A stretch of DNA of 64,000 nucleotides, taken from an uncultured cyanobacterium (GTDB lineage: Bacteria; Cyanobacteriota; Cyanobacteriia; Cyanobacteriales; Cyanobacteriaceae). The first letter of the stretch is position 1, and every line of letters begins with the position of its first letter. The DNA is taken from positions 608,001 through 672,000 of the forward strand of contig CAVQBA010000004.1 of assembly GCA_963710605.1 (NCBI GenBank). The letters run 5' to 3'. The position numbers were made by a program, and so were the translations under genes. The notes under the pieces were generated by a model. The model was not told the origin of the DNA. It made no database searches and saw only the letters and a list, made by a program, of their open reading frames with translations. Below, in pieces: positions 36,938 through 47,699 of this stretch.

Positions 36938-36975
36938 ATAAAGGAGTCAAAAGGGCAAAGGGCAAAGGGCAAGGA

Positions 36976-37160
36976 CGGGGCTGTTTCATTCTCGGAAGAA
37001 GAAAATAGCTAGAAGCTATTATTACTATACGATCGAGCAATTTAGTTACATTATATTTTTACGATTAGAAAAAAACTGCTATCCATTTACTGCTATTTCT
37101 TATACGTCTTTGACTCTTCCCCAATAATTGCTTCAAATAAGAATTCAAGAATACAGTTAT
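36976..37160 (-). mobile_element. Degenerate second copy of the 6117-6325 MITE, opposite orientation (right end approximate)
   Basis: CGGGGCTGTTTCATTC...GAAGAAGAAAATAGCTAGAAGCTATTA...CGATCGAG...TTAGAAAAAAAC matches the reverse complement of ~6180-6325. Confidence 0.65.
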
Positions 37161-37201
37161 GGATAAATTTTCGTTATCCTATAAAAAAAGTTTCTAATTT
37201 T

Positions 37202-38272
37202 TTGATTATGCCCTCAGATAAACCTTTACAACGAAGACAAGTCTTACGCTTAGCTACCTTAGCCGCTGGTGCATCTTTATTTCCTTCAGCCTGTCGTGCT
37301 ATTGATTCAACGGTTTCTGATCAAGAAGTAATAGTGCAATCATCTTCTCCATTTTCTGCTTTAACACCGCCTCAAACAAGTAAAGTCGTAGTGGTTTATA
37401 ATGAAAATCGTTCCGCCGGGACTCGTCAAGCGTTAGATCTTTTACAACCTAATGAGTTGAAGGGAAAAACTGTTTTTCTTAAACCTAACTATAATACAGG
37501 AGATCAAGCTCCCGCCGCTACAGACAGTCAATTATTAGAAACCTTAATTCAAGAATTTCAAAGGGCTAAAGTAGGACAAATTACCATTGGCGATCGATCT
37601 GGAATGGCGGATACTCGCCAAGCAATGGAGAAAAAAGGCGTTTTTAAGTTAGCCGAAAAATATGGACTCTCAACTCTTGTCTTTGACGAGATGGAAGCTA
37701 AAAAATGGCAATATGTGGCGGCAGAAGGTACACACTGGAAAAAGGGGTTTGCTTTTGCTCGTCCTATTTTGGAGTCAGAGGCAATTATTAATACTTGTTG
37801 TTTAAAAACCCATCGATATGGAGGTCATTTTACCCTTTCTTTAAAAAATTCAGTCGGAATGGTGGCAAAATATGTACCAGGGGATTCTTTTAACTACATG
37901 GGAGATTTACATTCTTCTTCCTATCAACGTTTGATGATTGCAGAAATCAATCAAGCCTATCAACCCTCTTTAGTTCTTTTAGATGGAGTAGAAGCTTTTG
38001 TTAATGGGGGACCTGCAAAGGGTAAAAAAGTTCGTTCTAACGTTATTTTAGCTGGAACAGATCGAGTAGCAATCGATGTGGTAGCAATCGCCTTACTTCG
38101 TTCTTTAGGGACAACAAATCAGGTATCTAAAGGATCTGTTTGGGAATTAGAGCAAATCAAACGAGCTGTTGAATTAGGCTTAGGAATAAGTCAAAGTGAA
38201 CAAATTGAGTTTATTGTACCTGATGCAGAAAGTCAGGCTATCGTCGATCGGATTCGACCTTTGATCGTTTAA
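37202..38272 (+). CDS. DUF362-domain protein with twin-arginine signal
   Basis: LQRRQVL...PSAC; VFLKPNYN; LKTHRYGGHFTLSLKNSVG; DRVAID. Confidence 0.85.
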   Translation: MIMPSDKPLQRRQVLRLATLAAGASLFPSACRAIDSTVSDQEVIVQSSSPFSALTPPQTSKVVVVYNENRSAGTRQALDLLQPNELKGKTVFLKPNYNTGDQAPAATDSQLLETLIQEFQRAKVGQITIGDRSGMADTRQAMEKKGVFKLAEKYGLSTLVFDEMEAKKWQYVAAEGTHWKKGFAFARPILESEAIINTCCLKTHRYGGHFTLSLKNSVGMVAKYVPGDSFNYMGDLHSSSYQRLMIAEINQAYQPSLVLLDGVEAFVNGGPAKGKKVRSNVILAGTDRVAIDVVAIALLRSLGTTNQVSKGSVWELEQIKRAVELGLGISQSEQIEFIVPDAESQAIVDRIRPLIV

Positions 38273-38388
38273 TTTAAGATGATTAGAAAATAAATATAAT
38301 CTCGAAGCATAGAACAAATATGAAGGATTAAAGTCCTTATTACGATCGCTAAGCCCTTCATTTACTACTGTCTTTTAATTATTAATTA

Positions 38389-39585
38389 TCAGGCTATACT
38401 TCCTCGTTTACGGGCTTCTTTATAGGAGATACCAACATTTTTGAGTCCAGCTTTGAGCATTTGATCTTCTAGTAAAGCAAAAAAGCGACTTCGATCGCTA
38501 CCCTTGACAACTGCTAAGTTATGTGCTTCTGCTAAAGCAACAGGATAACCAAAACCTTTATCAACTTGAGTTAAGGTGATACCAAGAGCTTGATTTAGTA
38601 GTTTTTCATCTTTTGCTACCCATTCAGGAAATTCAATCCGAGCAATTTCTGTACCCACATGAAGATAACAAAAATAAATATGTTGCCCTTCAGTATATAA
38701 ACTTAAAATACGAGAGTTACTCCGAAAAATAGCACTTCGTTGTCCGGGTTTCAACAAATTTGCTAATAACGTCACATCTTTGAGCGGTTGAACTTTTTGA
38801 CAAGGTGGTTTATCCATTTTATCACCACAAAAAGTAATACAATTAGGTTGCTCGTAAGTACAAGCAGGATAACGTAAAAAACTAACGGCTTCGATACTAC
38901 GAGAAGCACTAATATAGCCAATAATAGGAACATTGGTCGATCGTAATTGTTGCCAAGACTCTAGTACAGGGTTTAGAATAGTTTCTCTGGCTTCTAGGGC
39001 TAATGTTTCTAAAAACCAGTAAATTAACGAACCATCAGTCATGGCTAAATTAGGAATATCAAAATGTTCGCCTGGTGGATTCACCCACGTACAAGCCATT
39101 TCGGCTAAGACTTCAGCTTCAGCGACAGTACGCCGATAGCTCATCCATTCTTCGGTACGAATACCCCATTTACGAGAAACATATAAGTCTTCAGATTTAT
39201 AATATATTTCTGGTAAGGTATCTAATAACGGATACAAGTTTTGCCCATAATGCAACATGATTCGCCCAATATTGATTAAATAACAATAAGCAATTTCATG
39301 ATGAGAAGGGGCAATTTGTGAGCCATCAGCCGAAAAAACACTATGACTTGTTGTCACAGGTTGAATATCAATACAAGTAGAAATTGGTTCGATTGGTGTT
39401 GCCGCATTGAATATCGATCGATCGAGCCATTGGTTTTGTGCTTCAGTAAATTTATCTTGCTCTTTTTCTATCTCTTGAAATAAAGATTGAGCTAGTCTTA
39501 ATCTTTGCCCGCTAGCGACTATATCTTTTTGCATTTCTACACCAATATCAGGCATTTTTTTGGCTAGTTTAGATAAATCTAACAT
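38389..39585 (-). CDS. NurA-domain nuclease-like protein
   Basis: SADGSQIAPSHHE, TDGSLI, EIARIEFPEW, GYPVALAEAHNLAVV. Confidence 0.85.
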   Translation of the reverse strand: MLDLSKLAKKMPDIGVEMQKDIVASGQRLRLAQSLFQEIEKEQDKFTEAQNQWLDRSIFNAATPIEPISTCIDIQPVTTSHSVFSADGSQIAPSHHEIAYCYLINIGRIMLHYGQNLYPLLDTLPEIYYKSEDLYVSRKWGIRTEEWMSYRRTVAEAEVLAEMACTWVNPPGEHFDIPNLAMTDGSLIYWFLETLALEARETILNPVLESWQQLRSTNVPIIGYISASRSIEAVSFLRYPACTYEQPNCITFCGDKMDKPPCQKVQPLKDVTLLANLLKPGQRSAIFRSNSRILSLYTEGQHIYFCYLHVGTEIARIEFPEWVAKDEKLLNQALGITLTQVDKGFGYPVALAEAHNLAVVKGSDRSRFFALLEDQMLKAGLKNVGISYKEARKRGSIA

Positions 39586-39735
39586 AATTATTCAATGTGT
39601 CTTATAACACAAAATATTATTTTTGAGACTGATTTTGTTTAATCGATAAATCCAAAATCTTTTATTAGTATAATTATACTGATTTATTATCTTGACGCAG
39701 AGATTGAATTTAAATAGCTAAATTGAAGATAAGGA

Positions 39736-40278
39736 TTAAATTGATTCGGTTTCGATCGAGCTGGAAAAATTAGGGATAAGATAAATTAAGCCAGAAATCA
39801 GAGTTAAGACTACAGCACACCAAAAGGAAATGATACCAAATGTTTCTAAACTAGGAATGGGAGCGATTAGACAAGAAATTGCTAATATTTGCGTAACTGT
39901 TTTAAGTTTACCCCAGATATTTGCTCCTGAAATTTCGGTTTGTTGATTTAACTCAGGATTAATTCTCCATCCAGCGATAACTATTTCTCTGACAATAATT
40001 AAAAATACTCCCCATGCAGGTATTTGTTGTCGTTCGATTAAAACAAGTAAAGGTGCAATTACCAAAATTTTATCAGTTAAAGGATCTAAAAATTTACCTA
40101 AAGCGGTGACTTGATTTAGTTTTCGGGCTAAATAACCATCTAACCAATCAGTTAAAGAGGCGATGATAAAAAGACTTAATGCCCACCATTGATAATTAGT
40201 TTGTGTTTGGTAAAGTAAATAGGTAATAGGAAATACTAGAATGATTCTACTGAAGGTGATTGTATTGGGGATATTCAT
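39736..40278 (-). CDS. pgsA: CDP-diacylglycerol-glycerol-3-phosphate 3-phosphatidyltransferase
   Basis: NIPNTITFSR, TDWLDGYLARKLNQVTALGKFLDPLTDK, GKLKT. Confidence 0.95.
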   Translation of the reverse strand: MNIPNTITFSRIILVFPITYLLYQTQTNYQWWALSLFIIASLTDWLDGYLARKLNQVTALGKFLDPLTDKILVIAPLLVLIERQQIPAWGVFLIIVREIVIAGWRINPELNQQTEISGANIWGKLKTVTQILAISCLIAPIPSLETFGIISFWCAVVLTLISGLIYLIPNFSSSIETESI

Positions 40279-40416
40279 TAATTAATAATTAATAACTTTG
40301 CCATCTGTTATAACAAATTATGAGCTAATGACTATTTAACTTAAGGAGGAAAAATTAGTTACTCATAGCAATTAGTGAGTCGGTATTTGACATTTATGAA
40401 TCTAAAGATGATAAAC

Positions 40417-40600
40417 CGCAGAGTACGCAGAGTACGCAGAGAAAGATGGAGGAGAAAAGAGTAATATAGAGGAGAAGAGAGTAATATAGAGGAGAAGAGA
40501 GGAATATAGAGGAGAAGAGAGTAATATAGAGGAGAAGAGTAAAGACAAATGAGAAAAAAGAAAAATAGAACAATATAAAGTATATAGAGGAGAAGAGAGA
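40417..40600. repeat. Purine-rich tandem repeats: 9-bp CGCAGAGTA x~3 and 20-bp GAGGAGAAGAGAGTAATATA x~4.5 plus a detached copy
   Basis: Units at 40449, 40469, 40489, 40509, 40529 (partial). Confidence 0.9.
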
Positions 40601-40800
40601 AAAAGATTCACTTTCAATCAAAAATTTGGGTTGACAAAATCGATCGTAAATCAACTTACTGACGACTATATTAAGTTTCAATTTTAATTCGAGGCGTGAT
40701 TAGAACTTTCTGAAGATATTAATTAAATTTCATTTTGATTCTAATGTATTATTATAAAATTGAAATAGTATTGATTTCTCTACGCAAAAAAAAGTTGATT

Positions 40801-41896
40801 ATGGCTATTAAACGATCGTCTTCTACAGATAAATCTCAACGTTTACCATTACAAAGAAAGAGTAAATCAACTAAAAACAGTAATCTTTCTACTGATACCG
40901 TCGAAGACAAACAAATATTACAACCAACAGCCAATACCGAAGAAACGACGACAAACGAAGACAAAATTCGTCCCGATAATTTAAGCAATTACGTCGGACA
41001 AAAAGATTTAAAGGAATTGATGTTAATTGCTATTCAAGCCGCCCAACAAAGAAACGAGCCTTTAGATCATATCTTATTTTATGGTCCTCCAGGGTTAGGT
41101 AAAACTACCATGTCATTAATTTTAGCAGAGGAGATGAAGGTCAATTGTAAAATTACCGCCGCACCAGCATTAGAGCGTCCTCGTGATATTACAGGTTTGT
41201 TGGTGAGTTTGCAAGCAGGAGATATATTATTTATTGATGAAATCCACCGTTTGAATCGAGTTACCGAAGAGTTGCTTTACCCAGCGATGGAAGATAGACG
41301 CTTAGATATTACTATCGGTAAAGGGCAAGCCGCTAAAATAAGAACAATTCCTCTTGCTCCTTTTACCCTTATTGGTGCTACAACTAAAGTAGGTGCATTA
41401 AGTTCGCCTTTACGCGATCGTTTTGGCTTGATTCAAAGATTGAAATTTTATGATGTAGATGAATTGACACAAATCGTAATTACGATCGGCTCAAATTTTA
41501 AATTTAGAGATTACTGCAAATGGGGCAATAGAAATCGCTCGTCGCTCTAGAGGCACACCGAGAATTAGTAATCGTTTGTTACGAAGAGTTAGAGATTATA
41601 CTCAAGTTAAACAAAATAATACTTCAATTACTAAATCGATCGCTAATGATGCTTTAAATTTACATAATGTCGATCCTTTAGGGTTAGATTGGACAGATAG
41701 ACTGGTATTATCAACTATAATCGAAAACTTTAATGGTGGCCCAGTTGGTTTAGAAGCAATAGCGGCGGCGACAGGAGAAGATGCAAAAACGATCGAAGAA
41801 GTTTATGAGCCTTATCTATTACAAATTGGCTTTATTAATCGTACTCGTCGAGGTAGAATCGTCACCGAAAAAGCCTATCAACACTTAAATAATTAA
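40801..41896 (+). pseudogene. ruvB: Holliday junction helicase RuvB, split by a 1-bp insertion (real or assembly error)
   Basis: [23 protein letters not shown]. Deleting one A at 41478-41479 restores IVLRSAQIL...[20 protein letters not shown] and joins the 41576-41896 ORF. Confidence 0.92.
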
Positions 41897-41923
41897 CTTT
41901 TAACTTTTAACTTTTAACTTTTA

Positions 41924-44900
41924 ATGCACAGAATACAAGCAATGCCGGGGGGATGGAATCCTGATACAGAAGGAGTAATTATCATCGAACAAAACCCCGC
42001 CCCTATTATCTTCCTTACCAGTGCCGATACAGATATTCAAACGACTGCTTCTTGTTTAGAATTTTTACCCGCTGATTTTTCTGAGATTAGAGTTGTTAAT
42101 TTATTACAATTACAGCAAGAATTAACGATCGATACTTACGCTGAAGAGATATTAGCAAAAGCAGAAGTTATCGTATTAAGGTTATTAGGTGGTAGAAGTT
42201 ATTGGAGTTATGGTTTAGAAGTTTGTAAGGAGATAGTTAGTCAAAATAATGCTTCTTTATTTATTTTACCAGGTGACGATCGACCTGACCCCGAATTGTT
42301 AAGTAATTCTAATTTACCTTTACAGCAAGTTAATCAATTATGGCAATACTTCACTGAAGGTGGTGTCGATAATTTTACCAATGCTTTTAAATACATTAGT
42401 GATGTTTGTTTGCACACCAATTTGCAACCATTACCACCTCAATCTGTATCTCGTTTGGGTATTTATCCTACCGTAGGGGTTGAACAATGTTCAACCCTTG
42501 ATAAAACCTTGGAAAACAAAAGAATAACCCCCCCTAACCCCCCCTTCAAAGGTGGGGAAAAAATGTACAAGGGGAAAGAAATAGATGAGAAAAAGGAAAT
42601 ACAAACAGGGGAGAAAAATACAGGAAAAAAAGATGTCGCAATAATATTTTATCGATCGCATTTTCTCTCAGGAAATACCAAACCGATCGATGCTTTATTA
42701 ACAGCTTTAAAACAAGAAAATTTATCAGCTATTGCTATTTATGTATCATCCCTTAGAGAAGAAGATATCCAAAGACAATTAATTAAATTATTAGTAGAAT
42801 ACAAAACATATTTAATTCTCAATACCACTAGCTTTTCTGTTGCGAAGATAGGAGAAGAAGAAAATACAAAAATTTGGCAAACGATCGATGTACCCGTTTT
42901 GCAAGTTATCCTTAGTGGTAGTACTAAAGAATATTGGCAAGATAACTTTAATGGATTATCTCCTCGTGATGTTGCCATGAATGTCGCCTTACCTGAAGTT
43001 GATGGTAGGATTATTACTCGTGCAATTTCTTTTAAATCAGTAGCTAACCGACATCCACAATTAGAAACAGATGTTGTTATTTATCAGCCTGTTATCGATC
43101 GAGTTAATTATATTGCTCAATTAGCTAAAAATTGGGTAAGTTTAGCACAGAAAAAAAATACAGAAAAAAAAGTCGCTTTAATACTCGCAAATTATCCTAA
43201 TAAAGACGGTAGAATTGCTAACGGTGTGGGCTTAGATACACCCGCAAGTTGTATTAATATTTTGCAAGCTTTAGTTGAAAATAATTATATAGTTGATGAT
43301 ATTCCTAAGGACGGAGATGAGTTAATTTCTCTATTAACAAAAGGAGTAACAAATGATTTAGAAATGCAATCGCAACGACAAATTAATCAGTATTTATTTT
43401 TATCAGAATATCAAAACTATTTTAATAATTTACCATCACAAGTACAAGAAGCGATAATTAAAAGATGGGGAAAAATTAACGAGATAGATAAAAACGATCG
43501 AGATGAAAAAATAGACATTACTAATATTACTAGTAATGAATTATTAAACCAACATTTAACTTTAGTTGATAACTCTCCTGCTATCAAAGTATCAGGACAA
43601 CAATTAGGTAATATTTTTATTGGTATTCAACCATCTAGAGGATACGATTTAGATCCTACTTTAAATTATCATGCTCCCGATTTAGAACCAACTCATAATT
43701 ATTTAGCTTTTTATTATTGGTTAAAAGAAGTATTTAAAGCCGATGTTATTATTCACGTCGGTAAGCATGGAAATTTAGAATGGTTACCTGGTAAAAGTAT
43801 AGTTTTATCTCAAAATTGTTACCCAGAAATTACTTTGGGAACAATACCTAATTTTTATCCTTTTATTGTTAACGATCCAGGGGAAGGAAGTCAAGCAAAA
43901 AGAAGGGCGAATGCGGTAATTTTAGATCATTTAACTCCTCCTTTAACTCGTGCTGAATTATATAGTGAGTTATTAGAGTTAGAGGCTTTGATTGATGAAT
44001 ATTACCAAGCCCAAAGTTTGAACCCTATTCGTTTAAAGACTATCTCTCAACGTATTACCGATTTAGTAACTAAAACTAATTTACAACAAGATTTAGGTGT
44101 TGATGAAATAAATAACGATCGTTTAAATGAATTTTTAACTATAGCTGATGGTTATTTATGTGAGTTAAAAGAAGCACAAATTAGAGATGGTTTACATATT
44201 TTTGGTAATTGTCCTCAAGATAGACAATTAGTAGATTTAATAGTAGCTATCGCTCGTTTTAGTAGTTATAATAATCTTGGTTTAATTGATAGTATAGCTA
44301 AAGATTTATCTATAGATATAGACGATTATAAAGAAGAGTTAGGAAATAATTTATCAAAGGAAAAAAAAAAATATGTTTTACAGCAACTTAAATTAGTTTC
44401 TACAACTGAAGAAATAGATATCAATATTAGAATAAAAGGCGATGTAATTGAATATTTAGAAAGTATTGCCAGTGATTTAATTACCACATTAATTACCCAC
44501 CATACAACACATAATTTATACCGTAGGGGTGCAAGGTTTGCACCCAATACAAAAAATACACCCGATACGAAAAATGTACTTAATAAGGAAGACAAGGGCG
44601 TAAGCCTTACGCCCCTACAACAAATATCTAATGATGATTCAATTGTTTCCTGGCAACATACAAATAAACAACTCGAATGGATTAATAATCACTTATTACC
44701 CAATTTACAGAAAACCGATCGAGAAATCATCAACCTAATTCGAGGATTGAATGGTAAATTTGTCAGTAGTGGGGCATCGGGTGCACCAACAAGAGGTAGA
44801 AGCGATGTACTTCCTACAGGGCGTAACTTTTATTCTGTTGATATTCGATCGATTCCTACCGAAACATCATGGTCAGTAGGACAAAAAGCCGCCGAAGCAG

Positions 44901-46015
44901 TAATCGAAAGATATACCCAAGAAAATGGCGAATATCCTCGTACTCTAGCTATTTCTGTTTGGGGTACATCTACTATGCGTACGGGTGGAGATGACATCGC
45001 TCAAATTATGGCATTGATGGGAGTTAAACCAGTTTGGGATGGGGTTAGTCGTCGAGTTGTCGATTTTGAGGTTATTCCTATTTCTGCGTTAGGACGACCT
45101 CGTGTTGATGTGACTGTCAGAGTATCAGGCTTTTTTCGTGACGGATTTCCCAATCTACTTTCTTTATTATCAAAAATAGTGGACTTTTTGTCAACCTTAA
45201 CTGAAGAAAAAGAAAATAACCCTTTAGCAATGCAAGTGGAAAAAGAAAGCAACTACTGGTCAGAGCAAGGCTTACCAAAAAAAGAAGCAAGGGCGAAAGC
45301 TAGTTATCGTGTCTTTGGTTCAAAGCCGGGGGCTTATGGTGCGGGTTTACAAGGTTTAATTGAGTCGCAAAATTGGCATAGTGATGAGGATTTGGCAAGG
45401 GCTTATCTTCACTGGAGTAGTTATGCTTATGCTGGTAGTAAAGGAGTTGCTCAACCAGAGGTATTTGCCAAAAGATTAAAAGAATTACAAATTATTTTAC
45501 ATAATCAAGATAACCGAGAGCATGACATCCTCGATTCTGATGACTATTATCAATTTCAAGGAGGAATGACGGCGGCGGTAAGACATTTACAAGGAGAAAA
45601 TCCAACGGTTTATTTTGGTGATAATTCGCAACCGAGTAACCCAAAAGTAAGACAATTGCAAGAAGAAATAGCAAGGGTGTATCGTAGTCGTGTAATTAAT
45701 CCTAAGTGGATAGAAGGAGTAATGCGTCATGGGTATAAAGGTGCGTTTGAGATGAGTGCTACTGTCGATTATTTATTTGCTTATTCGGCAACGACTAAGG
45801 TTGTACCTGATTTCATGTATGAAGGGATTGTTGATAATTATTTGTTAAATGAAAAGGTACATGATTTTATCCAAGATAAGAATCCGTGGGCTTTACGAGA
45901 TATAGCTGAGCGTTTGATAGAAGCGAATCAGCGGGGGTTATGGAGTGGTGTTAGAGAAGGAGAAATCGATCGATTAAGAGCTATTTTACATGAGGCTGAG
46001 GGTACGATCGAATAA
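41924..46015 (+). CDS. cobN: Cobaltochelatase subunit CobN
   Basis: LTSADTD, VALPEVDGR, HVGKHGNLEWLPGK, LPTGRNFY, QDNREHDILDSDDYYQFQGG, RHGYKGAFE. Confidence 0.96.
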   Translation: MHRIQAMPGGWNPDTEGVIIIEQNPAPIIFLTSADTDIQTTASCLEFLPADFSEIRVVNLLQLQQELTIDTYAEEILAKAEVIVLRLLGGRSYWSYGLEVCKEIVSQNNASLFILPGDDRPDPELLSNSNLPLQQVNQLWQYFTEGGVDNFTNAFKYISDVCLHTNLQPLPPQSVSRLGIYPTVGVEQCSTLDKTLENKRITPPNPPFKGGEKMYKGKEIDEKKEIQTGEKNTGKKDVAIIFYRSHFLSGNTKPIDALLTALKQENLSAIAIYVSSLREEDIQRQLIKLLVEYKTYLILNTTSFSVAKIGEEENTKIWQTIDVPVLQVILSGSTKEYWQDNFNGLSPRDVAMNVALPEVDGRIITRAISFKSVANRHPQLETDVVIYQPVIDRVNYIAQLAKNWVSLAQKKNTEKKVALILANYPNKDGRIANGVGLDTPASCINILQALVENNYIVDDIPKDGDELISLLTKGVTNDLEMQSQRQINQYLFLSEYQNYFNNLPSQVQEAIIKRWGKINEIDKNDRDEKIDITNITSNELLNQHLTLVDNSPAIKVSGQQLGNIFIGIQPSRGYDLDPTLNYHAPDLEPTHNYLAFYYWLKEVFKADVIIHVGKHGNLEWLPGKSIVLSQNCYPEITLGTIPNFYPFIVNDPGEGSQAKRRANAVILDHLTPPLTRAELYSELLELEALIDEYYQAQSLNPIRLKTISQRITDLVTKTNLQQDLGVDEINNDRLNEFLTIADGYLCELKEAQIRDGLHIFGNCPQDRQLVDLIVAIARFSSYNNLGLIDSIAKDLSIDIDDYKEELGNNLSKEKKKYVLQQLKLVSTTEEIDINIRIKGDVIEYLESIASDLITTLITHHTTHNLYRRGARFAPNTKNTPDTKNVLNKEDKGVSLTPLQQISNDDSIVSWQHTNKQLEWINNHLLPNLQKTDREIINLIRGLNGKFVSSGASGAPTRGRSDVLPTGRNFYSVDIRSIPTETSWSVGQKAAEAVIERYTQENGEYPRTLAISVWGTSTMRTGGDDIAQIMALMGVKPVWDGVSRRVVDFEVIPISALGRPRVDVTVRVSGFFRDGFPNLLSLLSKIVDFLSTLTEEKENNPLAMQVEKESNYWSEQGLPKKEARAKASYRVFGSKPGAYGAGLQGLIESQNWHSDEDLARAYLHWSSYAYAGSKGVAQPEVFAKRLKELQIILHNQDNREHDILDSDDYYQFQGGMTAAVRHLQGENPTVYFGDNSQPSNPKVRQLQEEIARVYRSRVINPKWIEGVMRHGYKGAFEMSATVDYLFAYSATTKVVPDFMYEGIVDNYLLNEKVHDFIQDKNPWALRDIAERLIEANQRGLWSGVREGEIDRLRAILHEAEGTIE
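42472..42557. repeat. GTAG-type REP hairpin plus C-rich dispersed repeat, in frame within cobN
   Basis: CGTAGGGGTTGAACAATGTTCAACCCT; AACCCCCCCTAACCCCCCCTTCAAAGGTGGGG. Confidence 0.75.
44522..44618. repeat. Inverted pair of GTAG-type REP hairpins, in frame within cobN
   Basis: CGTAGGGGTGCAAGGTTTGCACCC ... AGGGCGTAAGCCTTACGCCCCTAC. Confidence 0.75.
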
Positions 46016-46085
46016 TTTTGATGTAATTAAAATAATGATAATATGACGATCGAAATACGATAATCAAAAAAATAGATAAAAAATT

Positions 46086-46475
46086 ATGTCTCGCCTCGAT
46101 CTCTCTAAATGGTATTCTGGTTGTTGTCATTGTGGTGCAGTTCGTTTTCAAGTTAAGCTAACTAAATTTGAAGCGATTAAATGTAATTGCTCTATTTGTC
46201 GTAAAAAAAGTTATTTACATTTAATCGTACCGCCAAAAAATTTTCGCTTGCTCAAAGGGGAAGACTCTTTATCTACTTATAGCTTTAATACCAATACCGC
46301 CGTGCATAAATTTTGTCGTACTTGTGGTATTCATCCTTTTTATACACCTCGCTCTCATCCTGAAGATATAGATGTTAACGTTAATGTTTTAGATGAAGAT
46401 ATTACGGATGATTTAAATATTGTTGATTTTGATGGACAAAATTGGGAACAAGATGTAGAAAATATACGTGAATAA
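46086..46475 (+). CDS. GFA / CENP-V family zinc-binding protein
   Basis: GCCHCGAVRF, CNCSICRKK, FCRTCGIHPFY. Confidence 0.92.
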   Translation: MSRLDLSKWYSGCCHCGAVRFQVKLTKFEAIKCNCSICRKKSYLHLIVPPKNFRLLKGEDSLSTYSFNTNTAVHKFCRTCGIHPFYTPRSHPEDIDVNVNVLDEDITDDLNIVDFDGQNWEQDVENIRE

Positions 46476-46576
46476 TTGACAATTGATAATTGACAATTGA
46501 TAATTGATTAAGTGTTAAATATTTGCTATTCATAAATAACTCTTAACTCTTGACTCTTAACTCTTAACTATACAAA

Positions 46577-47539
46577 TTGATTATTACTTTAAGCATTATT
46601 TGGTTAGCTTCTATTTTAGATTATATCTTAGGCGATCCTTGGGGCTGGATTCATCCCGTACAAGTGATGGGTTGGTTTATTAGTCGTTATACTGATTTTG
46701 TTACTAATAATCTCAATCGCAAAATCCTCAGAAAAATTGCAGGAGTATTTTTAGGTGTTGGCTTAATTGTTGGTAGTGGTTTTGTTAGTTGGTTGATTAT
46801 CTATTGGGCAACGCTAATTAATTTTTATCTGGGAATAATAATCCAAGTTATTTTACTCGCTAGTTGTTTTGCTGGTAGAAGTTTACGTCACGCCGCTGAA
46901 GATGTTTTGCAATATTTACCCGCAGAAGATTTAACTAAGGCACGCAATCGTTTAAGTTATTATGTCGGCAGAGATACCGATAAGTTATCTGTAACCGAAA
47001 TTTATCGTGCCATACTCGAAACCGTTACTGAAAATACCACTGATGGTGTAACCGCTCCTTTATTTTATACCTTAGTTGGTGCTTGTATTCCCGTTGTTGG
47101 TTGTGTGCCTGTAGCGATCGCTTATAAAGCCTCTAGTACACTTGATTCGATGGTTGGCTATAAAAGTGAGCCTTATACCGATATTGGTTGGTTTAGTGCC
47201 AAATTAGAAGACTATTTAACATGGTTGCCTTGTCGTTTGACTGTGTTGACATTAGCAATTCTCTCAGGAAATATATTTAAAAACTTACGATTATGCCGCA
47301 AGTATGCTGTTCAAGATCCTAGCCCGAATTCTGGTTGGAGTGAAAGTATCTATGCGGTGATTTTGGGCGTGCAATTAGGAGGAGTTAATTTTTATCGGGG
47401 CGAAAAAAAAATGAAGCCTTTGTTAGGTGAAGCGATTTATCCGATCGAAGAAAAAACGATCGTCTCTGCTTTATCTTTAACTCGTCGTTGCTTTCTCGTT
47501 TGGCTTAGTTGTTTTTCCCTTTTTGTTCTGATTAGATAA
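46577..47539 (+). CDS. cbiB: Adenosylcobinamide-phosphate synthase (CbiB/CobD)
   Basis: GDPWGWIHPV, VGRDT, ENTTDGVTAPLFY, TLDSMVGYK, PSPNSG. Confidence 0.94.
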   Translation: MIITLSIIWLASILDYILGDPWGWIHPVQVMGWFISRYTDFVTNNLNRKILRKIAGVFLGVGLIVGSGFVSWLIIYWATLINFYLGIIIQVILLASCFAGRSLRHAAEDVLQYLPAEDLTKARNRLSYYVGRDTDKLSVTEIYRAILETVTENTTDGVTAPLFYTLVGACIPVVGCVPVAIAYKASSTLDSMVGYKSEPYTDIGWFSAKLEDYLTWLPCRLTVLTLAILSGNIFKNLRLCRKYAVQDPSPNSGWSESIYAVILGVQLGGVNFYRGEKKMKPLLGEAIYPIEEKTIVSALSLTRRCFLVWLSCFSLFVLIR

Positions 47540-47561
47540 ACAAACAACAATCGAAGTATCT

Positions 47562-47588
47562 CGTAGGGGCAGAATATTATTCTGCCCT
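47562..47588 (+). repeat. GTAG-type REP hairpin
   Basis: CGTAGGGGCAGAATATTATTCTGCCCT. Confidence 0.7.
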
Positions 47589-47624
47589 CAATTCTTGGTA
47601 TTTCATATGAATATCAACAACTAA

Positions 47625-47677
47625 TTGACAAATAAATGTCTTTGTGACATTATATGTTTAATGGCTAAGTGACATTA
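47625..47677 (+). promoter_or_regulatory. Sigma70-type promoter with tandem NrtR-type operators
   Basis: TTGACA at 47625; AATGTC-N5-GACATT (47635-47651, fits GT-N7-AC) and TAATGGC-N5-GACATTA (47659-47677). Confidence 0.75.
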
Positions 47678-47699
47678 TTAAAAAAGAGGATGATTAGCA

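Noticed and set aside
40449-40540. Possible CRISPR array
   Set aside because: Repeats are head-to-tail with no unique spacers, and the window has no cas genes
40394-40681. Hydrophobic ORFs on the minus strand
   Set aside because: Translations of the low-complexity tandem repeat
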